Assembly: GCA_023213395.1 (NCBI GenBank)
Contig: CM041465.1
Coordinates: 173,607,741-173,671,740 of the forward strand
DNA: 64,000 nucleotides
Direction: 5' to 3'
Source of the DNA: Cycas panzhihuaensis
Taxonomy: Eukaryota > Plantae > Cycadophyta
Below are positions 46,801 to 57,619 of the stretch, one piece after another; within the stretch, counting starts at the first letter, position 1; the number at the start of each line of letters is the position of its first letter. The position numbers and the translations under genes are program-made. Under the pieces are notes generated by a model. It was given only the letters and a program-made list of their open reading frames with translations. It had not been told where the DNA came from and searched no databases.

Positions 46801-49769
46801 TATTTTTAGATCATTTCACTCAATTGTGGTAGGCATCATTGGGGAGAAAATTAATAGTTTATATCGATCATCATTAGAACACTCGACAAGCATCCTTGAG
46901 GAAAGCAATTGCAATTCTGCACAATCATCCTAGGCATCATCTTGGTGTTGTCGTGGAGAACAATTACAGGAAGCGATCATCCCAGAAACCCATTAAGAAG
47001 GCACAGGTCGGTGGATAGGCGTAGGACTTCCATTTTCAAAGAAAGAAATCATTGCCAGATAATCGAATATCAAGCAGAATTAATTTTGGCAAAAAATAGA
47101 CCCTATAATTTTCCTTAAAGTTTTTTTTCAATTAAAATTGATTTTGTATTTTTTTTTTAATTTTCCCACCAGCCTTCCTACTAGTAAATAGTCACATGGC
47201 GGCCCCAGGTGACCAAGGCCTAAGCCTTAAAATGGGCTAAATTTTTTCCTCCTCAATTTGTTTTTTCAAAGGGGGTACTTAGATGTTTTTGTCCATCATT
47301 TCAACTACAGGTGCTAGACTTCAATTTCATTTGAACCGTTGGAATCCTGGTTCAAAGACGTTTGTTTTGAATGGTCGCAACGCATTGATTTGATTAGTGT
47401 TGATGTAGATTTTAACCCATGAAGCTACAATTCTTGTTGACAAAGGAAAAAGATGGAAGACCTGACAGTATTAGGGGAGAGGGTACACTTAAGGCGAAAT
47501 TTTCAAAATATCCAAAGATTCTATCGATGTTAAAGCATGACAGCTACCCAATGGCCTCAACATGTAGAAACATGCTTGGAAATCTCAAAGGGTACAAAAC
47601 TCAATATTTGCAAACCATGTGTTCAACTCTACTAGGCATGGGAAGCTTGCAAGTGGTATGAAGATTGGTCTAAAAGAACAAAAATCTTCAATAAGTGGTA
47701 TTGGTTTGAAAAGGATTTTAGGGTAACATCTACCCAATGGAAACAAGAAGAGGAAACACATCAACATCAATAAGTGCACAAGCCATATTTTCATTTTCAA
47801 CCTCTTAGCTAATCCATCAACAATGTATGCTTCTTCTTAGTCCATTAGCAGGTGCACAATCCATGGGAAGAGGCCAAAGAATCAATTCAGATGCAAGAAC
47901 CCAACAAGATCAAAGACACTAAGTAGATAGAAATGAAGATGGAGCATCTTGAAGAAGAATACAAGCAAGAGTTAGCAGATCAAGGAGAACCTATCTAGTG
48001 CTATGAAGAAGAGCAAAATTTACTGGAGCAAGAAGAACCAGCGCAAGTGCACAAACAATGCAGGAAAGTCAAAGAAATAATAGAACACTATGACGAACAA
48101 TCTAGGCAGGAGCAACACAAAACCATTGACGAGCCATCAAGAGAGGATCTAATGAAGATAGAAGAACTTGAGGAAGAGCCTAAGCAGGCTATGCCAGAAG
48201 CGAGGCAACCGAGTGAATCGCACGAGGTACTCAACATGGTTCTTGATCCTGTTTTGCACATTCACATTTCCTTTGGTAGCTTCATTTGTCCTCTTTCATT
48301 TCATTGCTCAATAGTTGTAAAGAAACCCTCTTCCTTTTATCCCATTGCTATACAAGACCCTTAGCCCCAAATTCTTCATAGGACGTATCCTAGTCCCTCT
48401 TCACAACCTTAGCTCACCTCACCGCTCACATATTTCTTCAGTCCCTAAAGAGTTTTCTCTACATGGTCCTCTAAACCCTCCACTTTCCCTTCATCAATTT
48501 TCATTTCCTAAATCAAAGATTGCCATTCCCCTTTATAACACTTCCACCTATTAGTTACCAACTTCCACACTTCTATATAACCAACACGTTTTTTTCCGTT
48601 CATTCCTTTATTTAGTTCTACCCTTATTTTCGAACCCCTATTAAAATCTTTTTCCCATAAAGGGCATCTAGCACTAATACCGCATCCATCTTATTTCCCT
48701 AAAATCTCTAGTTATCCAACGAACACCTTACTGATTCCAACATCTATTCAGGTCAATTTCCAGACCTCATGTATTTCTCACTATATATCTTATTTATCCC
48801 TATTTCTTACATAGTCAATCTGTTGTTGATCAACACATTGACCCCTTCTTCTCCCAATCCATCTTGCATTATGCAATCACCGTTATACGATCCTGATGAC
48901 CATTTTCTTGATGACTTCCCAAAATCACGTTATTTCCACCCCACAAAATCCCATCCATTTTCTCAACACCTCTCATACCTTGAGCGATATCAATTGAGAG
49001 CAAAATGTGCAACCACAAAATAGAACCTCCACCCAGCACCATCACCATCACAGAGGTCCTAAGATCGCTTCTGTACAGGATAGGATACAATAGGCAGTAG
49101 GTCCCAGACACAAGCATATGCAAGTTTAGATTACACATTAATTATCTCCAACAAAAGGCATAAGATTGGACCAAATTTTTACGACATAAAGGATTTAGCA
49201 GGTGGCAGATTAAAGAACTTGTCAAAGCAGAACCAAGTTGCTCCACATGTGACTATCTATACTTCGAGAGCGAAGTATTCTAAGGGGTGGGGAGTTGTTG
49301 CATTCCAAATTAAGTGAAGTCAATTTTAGGAGAATAAAGAAGAAATTATTAAATGTAAAGCTGATATTTTTAGGAGAGTTCAGAAAGTTGGTTTTTAGGG
49401 AGAGAAAAATAGAGCTATAAATATAGAAGCATTACTCATTTGTAATCAGTCTTGGAGAATTGATATTTTGATCTGGATTAATGGCCTAGAGCCATTAGGG
49501 CATGCTATGCCATTTAGGAGGAAACCCTTTCCTCCAAGAGGGCCATTTTATTGCTAATATTTAATATGATTATTATATTATTTTGTGTTACAAATATGAT
49601 AATATTCTGCAATCTACTATTATCTCTGAAATTTTTTGTGGAAATCTATTGTGAGGTATGATGAGATGTTAATATCTAAATCTTTTATGCGATTATGTTA
49701 TTATTTTCTGTCTTAAATGCATGGGCATTGCCACAAAAGAAATATGCATGGATGGGGCGATTCATGACA

Positions 49770-50150
49770 ATGTAAGTAGCCTAAAATGTGGAAACCAAAA
49801 CAAGGAAACACCAATTCCAAAAATCCCCAAAAGCACGAAAACGTCCACTCACACACACACATATATATAAAATATAAAATATTTAATATGATACGAAAAA
49901 ATACATATTGAATCATTATTCTATGGATTAAAAAAAAACATACAGAAAAGACCTGAAAACAATTGGAAATGGGCCAAAAATAAGCCAAAAAAGGCCATAA
50001 ATGGGCTAGAAATGTGAACCTAGACCAAAAATAGCCCATAAATGTTTCACATGACTCAAAAATGTTTCTAAGTTGTTTCTACGTTTCTAAAATGTTTCTA
50101 CATTTCAGAAATGGAAAATGGCCCTATATACGATGTTTTTGGTAAATTAA
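49770..50150. mobile_element. Probable decayed MITE (GAAAC repeats on the left, GTTTC repeats on the right)
   Basis: Inverted polarity of short subterminal repeats. AAATGG(G/C)C..AAA repeats resemble those at 51190-51320. Termini were not resolved. Confidence 0.4.
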
Positions 50151-50936
50151 CCTACATTAGATAATACTTACATAGCCTTCCACACAAATCCTTCCTATTT
50201 AACAACCAACCACCTTTTTTATTGTAGTAATAAAATTATAAAAAAAAAGAAGAAGAAGAGAATGATCCTATTATGTGAAAATTGTTAAATCAAATTTAAC
50301 CATGAAAACCATCATTAAGGGAATGTTGTTGTAGTAATTATTTACCAAGGCTGTGTACCAGTAGTTAAATTAAAAAACAAGTTGAGATTGATATGTAAGA
50401 TTCAGACCCTTTCTCCTCTACCTCTCCTCTCTGACAAGTCTCTTCCATGGATGCCACATACACGAGGGAATGGGAAGATCACTCGAAGAACTGTCTTTCT
50501 TATCCAATAACATGACAATAAATAGATCAAATGGATCAAGCGGACTTGGAGGACTACAGCATCTAGATTTTGTCTATCAAAGGACTCTATTTTGTAACCC
50601 CTTACTACAAATGCAAAGGCCCAACAAGATCTCTAAATCATGATTGACCTCCTACGATGAAGACTGTAGAAGTTTTATCTTATCAGAAATTGCCAAGTAG
50701 ATCTACTTGAAGTGAGATAATACAAAGTAGAATACCCAATAAGCATTTTCTGGTCTATGCATGTCTGGACAGTAATGAGATGGATACAGAATGTCTATGC
50801 TAGGCCCTTGATGACTGGCACAATCAGATGGTGTAAAACATTGCAGGGATGACTATTTCAGTTTTTCCTTATCTAACGCATGAATATGCTCTTATCGAGT
50901 GTGTTGCAAAACTGACATCTAGAGGCTTGTTCACCA

Positions 50937-51422
50937 CAAGGTTGTTGGGTTCACAGGTTCAGGGATTCCTAATTTCTGGGGTTTAAAGAACCTAGTTTGT
51001 CCCTCTGAAAATAGGGTTCAGAGGGTTCAGGTTCAGTATTTTTTTCAATTAAAAGAATAAAAAAATAAAAGAAATTTAAAAATTCATGAACATTGAGATT
51101 AATCATCAAACACATACACAATGATGCATTGAACAAGTTTGTAAGCAAATAGTAAAATATATGTTAAAATTTAAAGGAAAACAAAACAGAAAAGCCAGAA
51201 ATGACTCAAATATAGACCAGAAATGGCCTAGAAACAACTAGAAATGTCCCAGAAATAACCACAAACTACCCATAAACGGTAGGAAACGACCCAAAAACTG
51301 CTAGAAATGGCCAGAAACAAAGACAGCTTAGGGTCCAATTGAACCCAAACCTACACAACCAGTTCAGATTCAAACCAGGTTTGTGAACCTTGCTAGCTGT
51401 GTTCGTGAGCCTAGTAACTCTG
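50937..51422. mobile_element. hAT-family MITE (~486 bp)
   Basis: Degenerate TIRs CAAGGTTGTTGGGTTCAC / GTGAGCCTAGTAACTCTG, 8-bp TSD GTTCACCA/GTTCACCC, and GGTTCA subterminal repeats. Confidence 0.8.
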
Positions 51423-53657
51423 GTTCACCCTTAGTGTCAAGACAGCTAGGATCTTGGCAAACTGCACCATCAGTGATATTTTAAACTGTGTTTTGTTGTG
51501 CATGTTTCAACCTTCAGAATATTTCATAAAATATTGTTGCGCAAACGACACCTTTAGTGATATTGTTAATTGCAATCTGTTGTGCACTTTTCAGCCTTAG
51601 AGCCTTTGGTCAAATATGGGTGTTGAAATATGGCACTCTGTGGTGACTCACACAATTTAAGGAATTTTTGGGTCACTTGGTTTTGTAAACGGGTCCTTCC
51701 ATGGTTACCCTGGAATATAATTGTAACATCAGATCTAATTACTGTGCAGCCTGAAAAGAACCCTCTGTGACCTCCCTGTCTGCAACTTACAGGCATATGA
51801 TATTGGATGGGATAGACACCTATTAATCGAGGTCAGATTGTTGACCCTTCAGAGGCCACTCTTCCTATTTTGGGTTTTGGCCCTTTACCCATTCCGATGT
51901 TCATAAGGCTAGGGGAGTGGTTACCCATGTAATCATCTACTTTTTTCTTTCCCACCGCACACATCCCCCGCCCCAACACCAACTTTTTTTTTCCTATGGG
52001 GGTGTTGTAAGCTGGTAATTTCTCCAATCTAATGAGTCATCTTTCCCACAACCTCAAAAAATAAAATAAAAAATCACGGTGCAATTACTTAATGGATATA
52101 TGATGATATTCTGAAGAACAACAATAATCAATCTTTCTCATCAGTTCAAGTTCTTGTTTATGTAATTGTTTGATATATATAATAGTAATTTTAAGTGCAA
52201 TTCTCTATGTATTTTAAGTTAATACAGTTTTATGCATTTTACAGAGACACGTATTGATATCTGTGCTTCTTCATTTCAATTAAATTCAGCATGTAACAAA
52301 CATATGCTGCAATATAGCATATGCCAAATGAATGAGATCAAAATATCAAGAGCATCTCATTGTTGAGGAAATCTAACCCCCACCTGCCCAAAAAAATGAT
52401 GCAGCCATCAAAAGTCTCCTGCATCAAACTCACAATCAATGACTATAAAGCTGTCATTAAACTGTGAAAGAAAGCTCCTCCAACAGGATGTGCAATTAAA
52501 GTAAACAGCAACCGTGATGGTGCTTTAACTGACCCTGGGTAATCATGGGTAAGTTTCATAAAGTGTCCTCTTTGGGATAAGCAGCCTATTGCCTGGAAAT
52601 CAGAGTAAGGGCATTGTTTGGCAATGCAGATCATAGTTTGTGAGTTAGAGACAGCCCACCTTGATGTGGATGGATCAACTAGAAAGATGAGATGACATCA
52701 TCTAAACTATAGTCTATGTAAACAGGGCCTCACCTATGGAGGAATCTCTCAAATGAACAAGACCATGCTGCCCCAAACCTTGTATAGATAACAGTGATGT
52801 GGTGGGAACATACTCTGAATTGGCCTATGTGGAATCTCAGCCTATGTGTCAAGTTAGGATGTGCATAGTTAGAGAATGAAATATAAGCAATCTAAAATGC
52901 AAAGGAAGGGACAATAAGAATTTAGGGGGTTCAAGGCAAAAAATATGGAGAATCAGGTGTGACTAAAAGATAAGCAACACTTGTTCAAATTTGCCTCATC
53001 ATTCACCTTGAAGCAAATTGTGAATATGAATTATGTTAGACGAGTTACCAAGTTCAGGTAGAGAATAGCTTGGAAAATGGAGGACTTTAACAAAGTCACC
53101 CTTAACAGAGCTGTCTATAAAGTAGATTAGAAATTGGTTATCTGGATTGGCAAAGCCATACAAAACAATCTAAGGAGAACCAGGATGCACTAAAATCAAG
53201 CCAACGCCAAGAACATTTTGAAGGGATGATTCTCAGGCTCCACAGCCTATATGGTCAGCTCCAATTTAGAAAATTTAAAAAAAAAAAATCATTGCTTCTG
53301 ATCAGAAAAAGTCATCCACTTCCTATACAGAAAAATGCAAATGGAGATTTGAAGGACATATCACCCATTCCTTAAGGCTAGAGAATATGGACATAACCTA
53401 GATTCATGTTTCTATATCATGTATAACATCAAGATGTAAAGTAGGACCGGCAAATCCTGTTAAATGCCCTCACAAAGACAATTTATGGTACTGGAGGAAA
53501 AATCCATAATCACGTTTTGAAAGCAATAGCCTCCAGTTGTAATCTAGTTGCTTCCACTTGAATATGTACACTTTTTGAATCCATTGAAAGAAATACAAAA
53601 GCTCCAATAAAGAGCAGCCAGAATAGGACTACAGATGATTATAGTCAGAAGAATTAC

Positions 53658-53759
53658 CTGGACTTCCACTCGAAACATACTCTCATATAAAAATGGTATA
53701 ACCTTTGTCTGAAGACTTTGATAACCATTAGGTTTTGGTGTTGCAATGTAATCCTTCAT
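53658..53759 (-). CDS. RSH1: RSH1 exon: MKDYIATPKPNGYQSLQTKVIPFLYESMFRVEVQ
   Basis: AG/GT boundaries, 102 bp. Contains the KDYIAxPKPNGYQSL signature and the RSH1-type PFLYESMFR. Confidence 0.95.
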
Positions 53760-53846
53760 CTGCCATATACAGAATTCTAGCTTAAATTTCTAGCAATAAC
53801 CCTGAAAACAGGAGTAGAAAATAGAATGAATTTTAGGTTCACTTAC

Positions 53847-53903
53847 AGCTCGAGGAATCGGAGTCCAAATGCTATGGACAAGCCCCAGTACATGGTAGCA
53901 GAT
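53847..53903 (-). CDS. RSH1: RSH1 exon: ICYHVLGLVHSIWTPIPRA
   Basis: AG/GTAAGT boundaries, 57 bp. Contains the RelA/SpoT CYxxLGxVHxxW motif. Confidence 0.95.
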
Positions 53904-54002
53904 CTGCATAAGGGAGTTGAATGAGAAAAAACACAATTTATAACAATAACAGCTAACCGCATTATGGTACAATATTTAGCATTAGAATTAAGGAAATGTT
54001 AC

Positions 54003-54065
54003 CTGATGAGCACTACATAAGGGGGTAACCCTAACACCTGGCTTTGGTTTCAAAATGATTCGGAG
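54003..54065 (-). CDS. RSH1: RSH1 exon: LRIILKPKPGVRVTPLCSAHQ
   Basis: AG/GT boundaries, 63 bp, phase 0. Matches plant RSH1 'LRIIIKPKP..GVGPLCSAQQ'. Confidence 0.92.
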
Positions 54066-54206
54066 CTGCACAGGACCCAACATGCAGAAGGTGGTATTGT
54101 CAGCTAGCCCTAAGATACTCCACAAATATTCTAAAGTAAGTTAATGACACTGATATCCTCAAAAGCACACTAAAAAATCAGCTGTATAGGAGAACCCCCA
54201 ACAGAC

Positions 54207-54267
54207 CTGAGATATTTCATTGACCTCATTGATTGAACTTTTTCTTTCCAAAAGCATTTTGTATATG
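54207..54267 (-). CDS. RSH1: RSH1 internal exon (synthetase region): (S)IYKMLLERKSSINEVNEISQ
   Basis: tttcag acceptor and GT donor, 61 bp (1 nt + 20 codons). The peptide resembles plant RSH1 'SIYK...SINEVNQIAQ' and joins the next exon in frame. Confidence 0.85.
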
Positions 54268-54489
54268 CTGAAACATTAGAAACACAAATGATAACAGATC
54301 AGAAATTCAAGAAGACGTCTCATATAGAACTTCACAGTCCATTTCAATACCAATTTGAAAGCACAGAATATTTCAAAGAATAAATATCTAGTTGAAAATG
54401 GAAATAAACATCATGCTAAACAAAAATGTTGATCACATTGTTGCGAGTATAACAGCCAGCTGAGAAAATACAACCCCAAATGATGGCAT

Positions 54490-56762
54490 TGTTAGAACTA
54501 GCAACAGCAACAAAACTACTGCTGACAAGTTAAATATGTAGCTAATTTAGCTTTCTCGTGTGAAAAATGTGGGAATATTAATGCTTTATCCTATGTTAGG
54601 AAACTTTATGTAAACTGAGTGTTAGGCGTTATAACCCCCTCTTTGTATTTTATCAACACTGGTCACTCATGTTGACAATTGTCATTTATGTATGTATCAA
54701 TTATGTAAAGTACTTGTATATAAGAGAGTACATCTCTCATATCAAACCAATGAAGAAATTAGTTTCATTCTCTTCAATTCAGTTTAGTCTAGTTTTTCTA
54801 TCATGGTATCAGAACAGGTATGATAGACTAAGTCAAGGTAGAACAAAGTCAGAATGAGAAGGCATAAAAAGATAAAATCAAGCGAAGAAGCAAGAAGATA
54901 AAAATCTGAAGAAGGAAGATCAAGATCAAGTGCCAAGTGAAATCGTACAGCATTGTATGAAACTGTACGGATCTGTACGAATGGCTTTTTGAAGTGCTCA
55001 GATTGAGACGAAAATTTACCAGCAAGGACGTCTCACTGAGTAGAGTAGGCTGGTCCAAAGCCACTTTTGCAAATTCGGTCTCATTAAGCAGGAAAACAAA
55101 GAAAAACACCCATGCAGATTTGGAGCTTGAAGAGCAGCTTTCTCTCAGTTTTTTTCAGTTTTCAATCATGTTAGTAGACTTAAAATGATCTTTTCATCAT
55201 AAGCTTTCCGTTGAATGTAAAATTGCAAGATTTGGTTCAAGATTTTGTGAGTTATAAGCAAAATCATGGTTCAAACCCTAGTCACACCTCTAGTTTTAGA
55301 GCCTTTATTTTTGCCTGTCTGGAACTCCATTTGAAAATCTGACTTTAGATTCCTATGTACAACCTGATTGCCTTCAATTTGAGGGAGTTTCATTAAATTA
55401 TGTACACCAGTACTTTTGACCATACATTCGTACAGTTGTACGGACCAGAGCTGCAACAACCATTCAAAAGTTTCTAGTTATTGTTCTTGCCTTCTAAAAC
55501 TTCAAAATGGCCTCAATCTATTCACTAGGTGAGTCAGACAAGTTGACATACTCAAATTACGCTCCATGGAAAATTAAAATGAAAGGACTTCTGATTGCAA
55601 AAAATGATTGGGAAATAGTCACTGAAAAGGAAGCAAAACTGACCACTGGAGGTGCAACAAAAATCAGTTGGGAAGAGAGAGATAGGGAAGCCTTAGCCAT
55701 AATCACCCTATCCATTACTGATTCAGTCTTGACCCATATTACCGGAGCCTCTACCTCTATTGAAGTATGGAATGCCCTAACTTCTATATTCAGCCAAAAG
55801 AATGAAGCCCACATTATTGAACAGCTTTATCGACTGCATTTACGAGAGGCAGAATAGGTTACTGATTTCATCACCAAACTAGCGAAAATTAGAGGTAGTC
55901 TAGCCTCTACAGGAGAACCTGTGTCAGATACTAAAATTATCTGCCCGGTACTCAATAAATTGCCAAAATCCTTTGATAATTTGGTGAATACTCTTACTCT
56001 AGAGGGACAAGCTCAAAATGTGTCCTTCGATACTTTGTGTGGCCACTACTTCAAGAGGAACAAAGAGCTCGCAGGTATAAAAAGGGAGTCGACGTTGAAG
56101 AAGCCTTTGTCTCAAGACTTAGAATTAGTGAAAGAGGAGGTCAAAGTGTAAGGGGAAGATCATTTGAAACAAGCAACAGAGGAAGATTTTTCAGAGGAAC
56201 AAGAAGAGGTAGATCACCTGATATTGAATATGCTACCAGTGTGGAAGAACAGGTCACATCGCAACAAAATGTAGAACAACAAAAAACTGCCCATGTTACT
56301 ACTGTGGAAGGTATGGACACCTTTCAAGTAACTGTTTCTACAAAAGATTTCATATCTCTAAGGGTAAACGGGTTGAAGGCAACTATAGCAAAGAACAGTC
56401 AAAAGATGAAGATGATGAAGAGACTGCCTTCGTTGTTGCCTTAGTATCATCTGTCCAACACAATGAGAATTGGTTTGTTGACTTTGGCGCATCAAATCAC
56501 ATGACAAGTAGAGAAGACTGGCTTAAACCTTGCAAATATACCTAACAAACAAGACAATGGAGTTGTGTGATAATCACCCTTTGGAAATCAAAGCCAAAGG
56601 AACCATAGAAATCCAGATCAAGAATGAAATTATAAAAATTGGAAATGTGTTGTTTGTGCCAACCATGAAGAAGAATCTTTTTTTGGTATCATAGTTAAGA
56701 AAGAAGAAACTTCGAGTGATATTTCATGAAAATGGAAAATGCTATATCCTTGATATGAAAAA
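54490..56762 (+). mobile_element. Ty1/Copia element 5' part ('I'): LTR, PBS, gag and protease; interrupted at 56763
   Basis: LTR at 54490-54803, TGGTATCAGA at 54804, gag from 55507 (NYAPWKIKMK, LNKLPKSFD, two CCHC), PR WFVDFGASNHMT. Confidence 0.9.
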
Positions 56763-57149
56763 TGTTAGAAATAATGTACATTCCCATTTCATTTCATTTA
56801 AGTTTATTTTAGGTTCATTAGAATAATAGCTCACATGGAATATTCTATATGAGAATATTCTAGAGAGAGAGGATATACTTGGTCAAAGTTCTAGAAGTCC
56901 AAGATACTTAAAACATTTATGAGGTGGTTTGAGCACACCAAATTTCATGGGAGCGTTAGAGTTTGTTGAACCAGCTCGTATGTTTAGACTTAGTGTAGAG
57001 TTATAAATATGTATTTGTACCATTCATTCTTTTTAATGAGAATTGGAGAGTTTAGTCTTGTTGACGTATCATCACCTCTTGCTTCATTTTGCATGTGATT
57101 TATGTTGTAAGGCTAGCTTATATCCCTCATTCTGACATGGTATCAGAGC
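56763..57149 (+). repeat. 5' LTR (56763-57137) plus tRNA-Met PBS; unclear whether it belongs to the downstream Gypsy
   Basis: TG...CA followed immediately by TGGTATCAGAGC. Confidence 0.8.
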
Positions 57150-57436
57150 TAGGTTCTACCAATGTGTACTAGCATGCTCTAAAGACACAGAAGCCTCTAA
57201 TCTGTCTCATGTCTGAGCATCTAAAGCTGTCAAGAATTCCTTGTTTCTGCAAGAATTTCAGCACATTAATTACCATTTAGTTGGTATGCATAAGGCTGTC
57301 TACCCTCTGTCCACTCTCTGTTGAGAGTACATACTCTGCATACCCTTGTTTCTTCACCGTACAATGTCTACTATCTGCAGAGCTCTGAAGGTGCATCAGA
57401 TCTAGTCGTAATCAAGGCTACACGTTGGAGTCACCA

Positions 57437-57591
57437 GAGATGAATGTGAACACGGAACCGACAGAGAACGCCTGCTCGACGACGCATAGATGCCACCCAC
57501 ACGGACAAAGACAAACGTGAACACAAAGCCGACGGAGAACGCCTGCTCGAGGGCGCAATCACACCGCATTTTACGAGACGAACGTGAACAC
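57437..57591 (+). repeat. ~70-bp CpG-rich tandem repeat (2.3 copies)
   Basis: GAGACGAACGTGAACAC-like cores at 57437, 57508 and 57575. GAGAACGCCTGCTCGA occurs twice. Confidence 0.75.
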
Positions 57592-57619
57592 AGGGGGGGG
57601 GACGAAGCCGCCAATCAGA

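Larger units (their letters stand above)
32603..49735 (+). mobile_element. Non-autonomous LTR element ('E', degenerate gag only) hosting Copia D
   Basis: LTRs at ~32603-32991 (5' start missing) and 49296-49735, PBS at 32994, PPT before 49296. Internal parts 32994-33506 and 46760-49295 lack pol. Confidence 0.82.
10734..53657 (-). other. Giant RSH1 intron (42,924 bp) filled with nested transposons
   Basis: GT donor after EVQ and AG acceptor before IRTEEMD. A phase-0 join restores EVQIRT, and no intervening RSH exon is needed. Confidence 0.9.

Noticed and set aside
9879-54267. Bacterial relA/spoT by contamination or recent horizontal transfer
   Set aside because: It has spliceosomal introns and plant RSH1-specific peptides.
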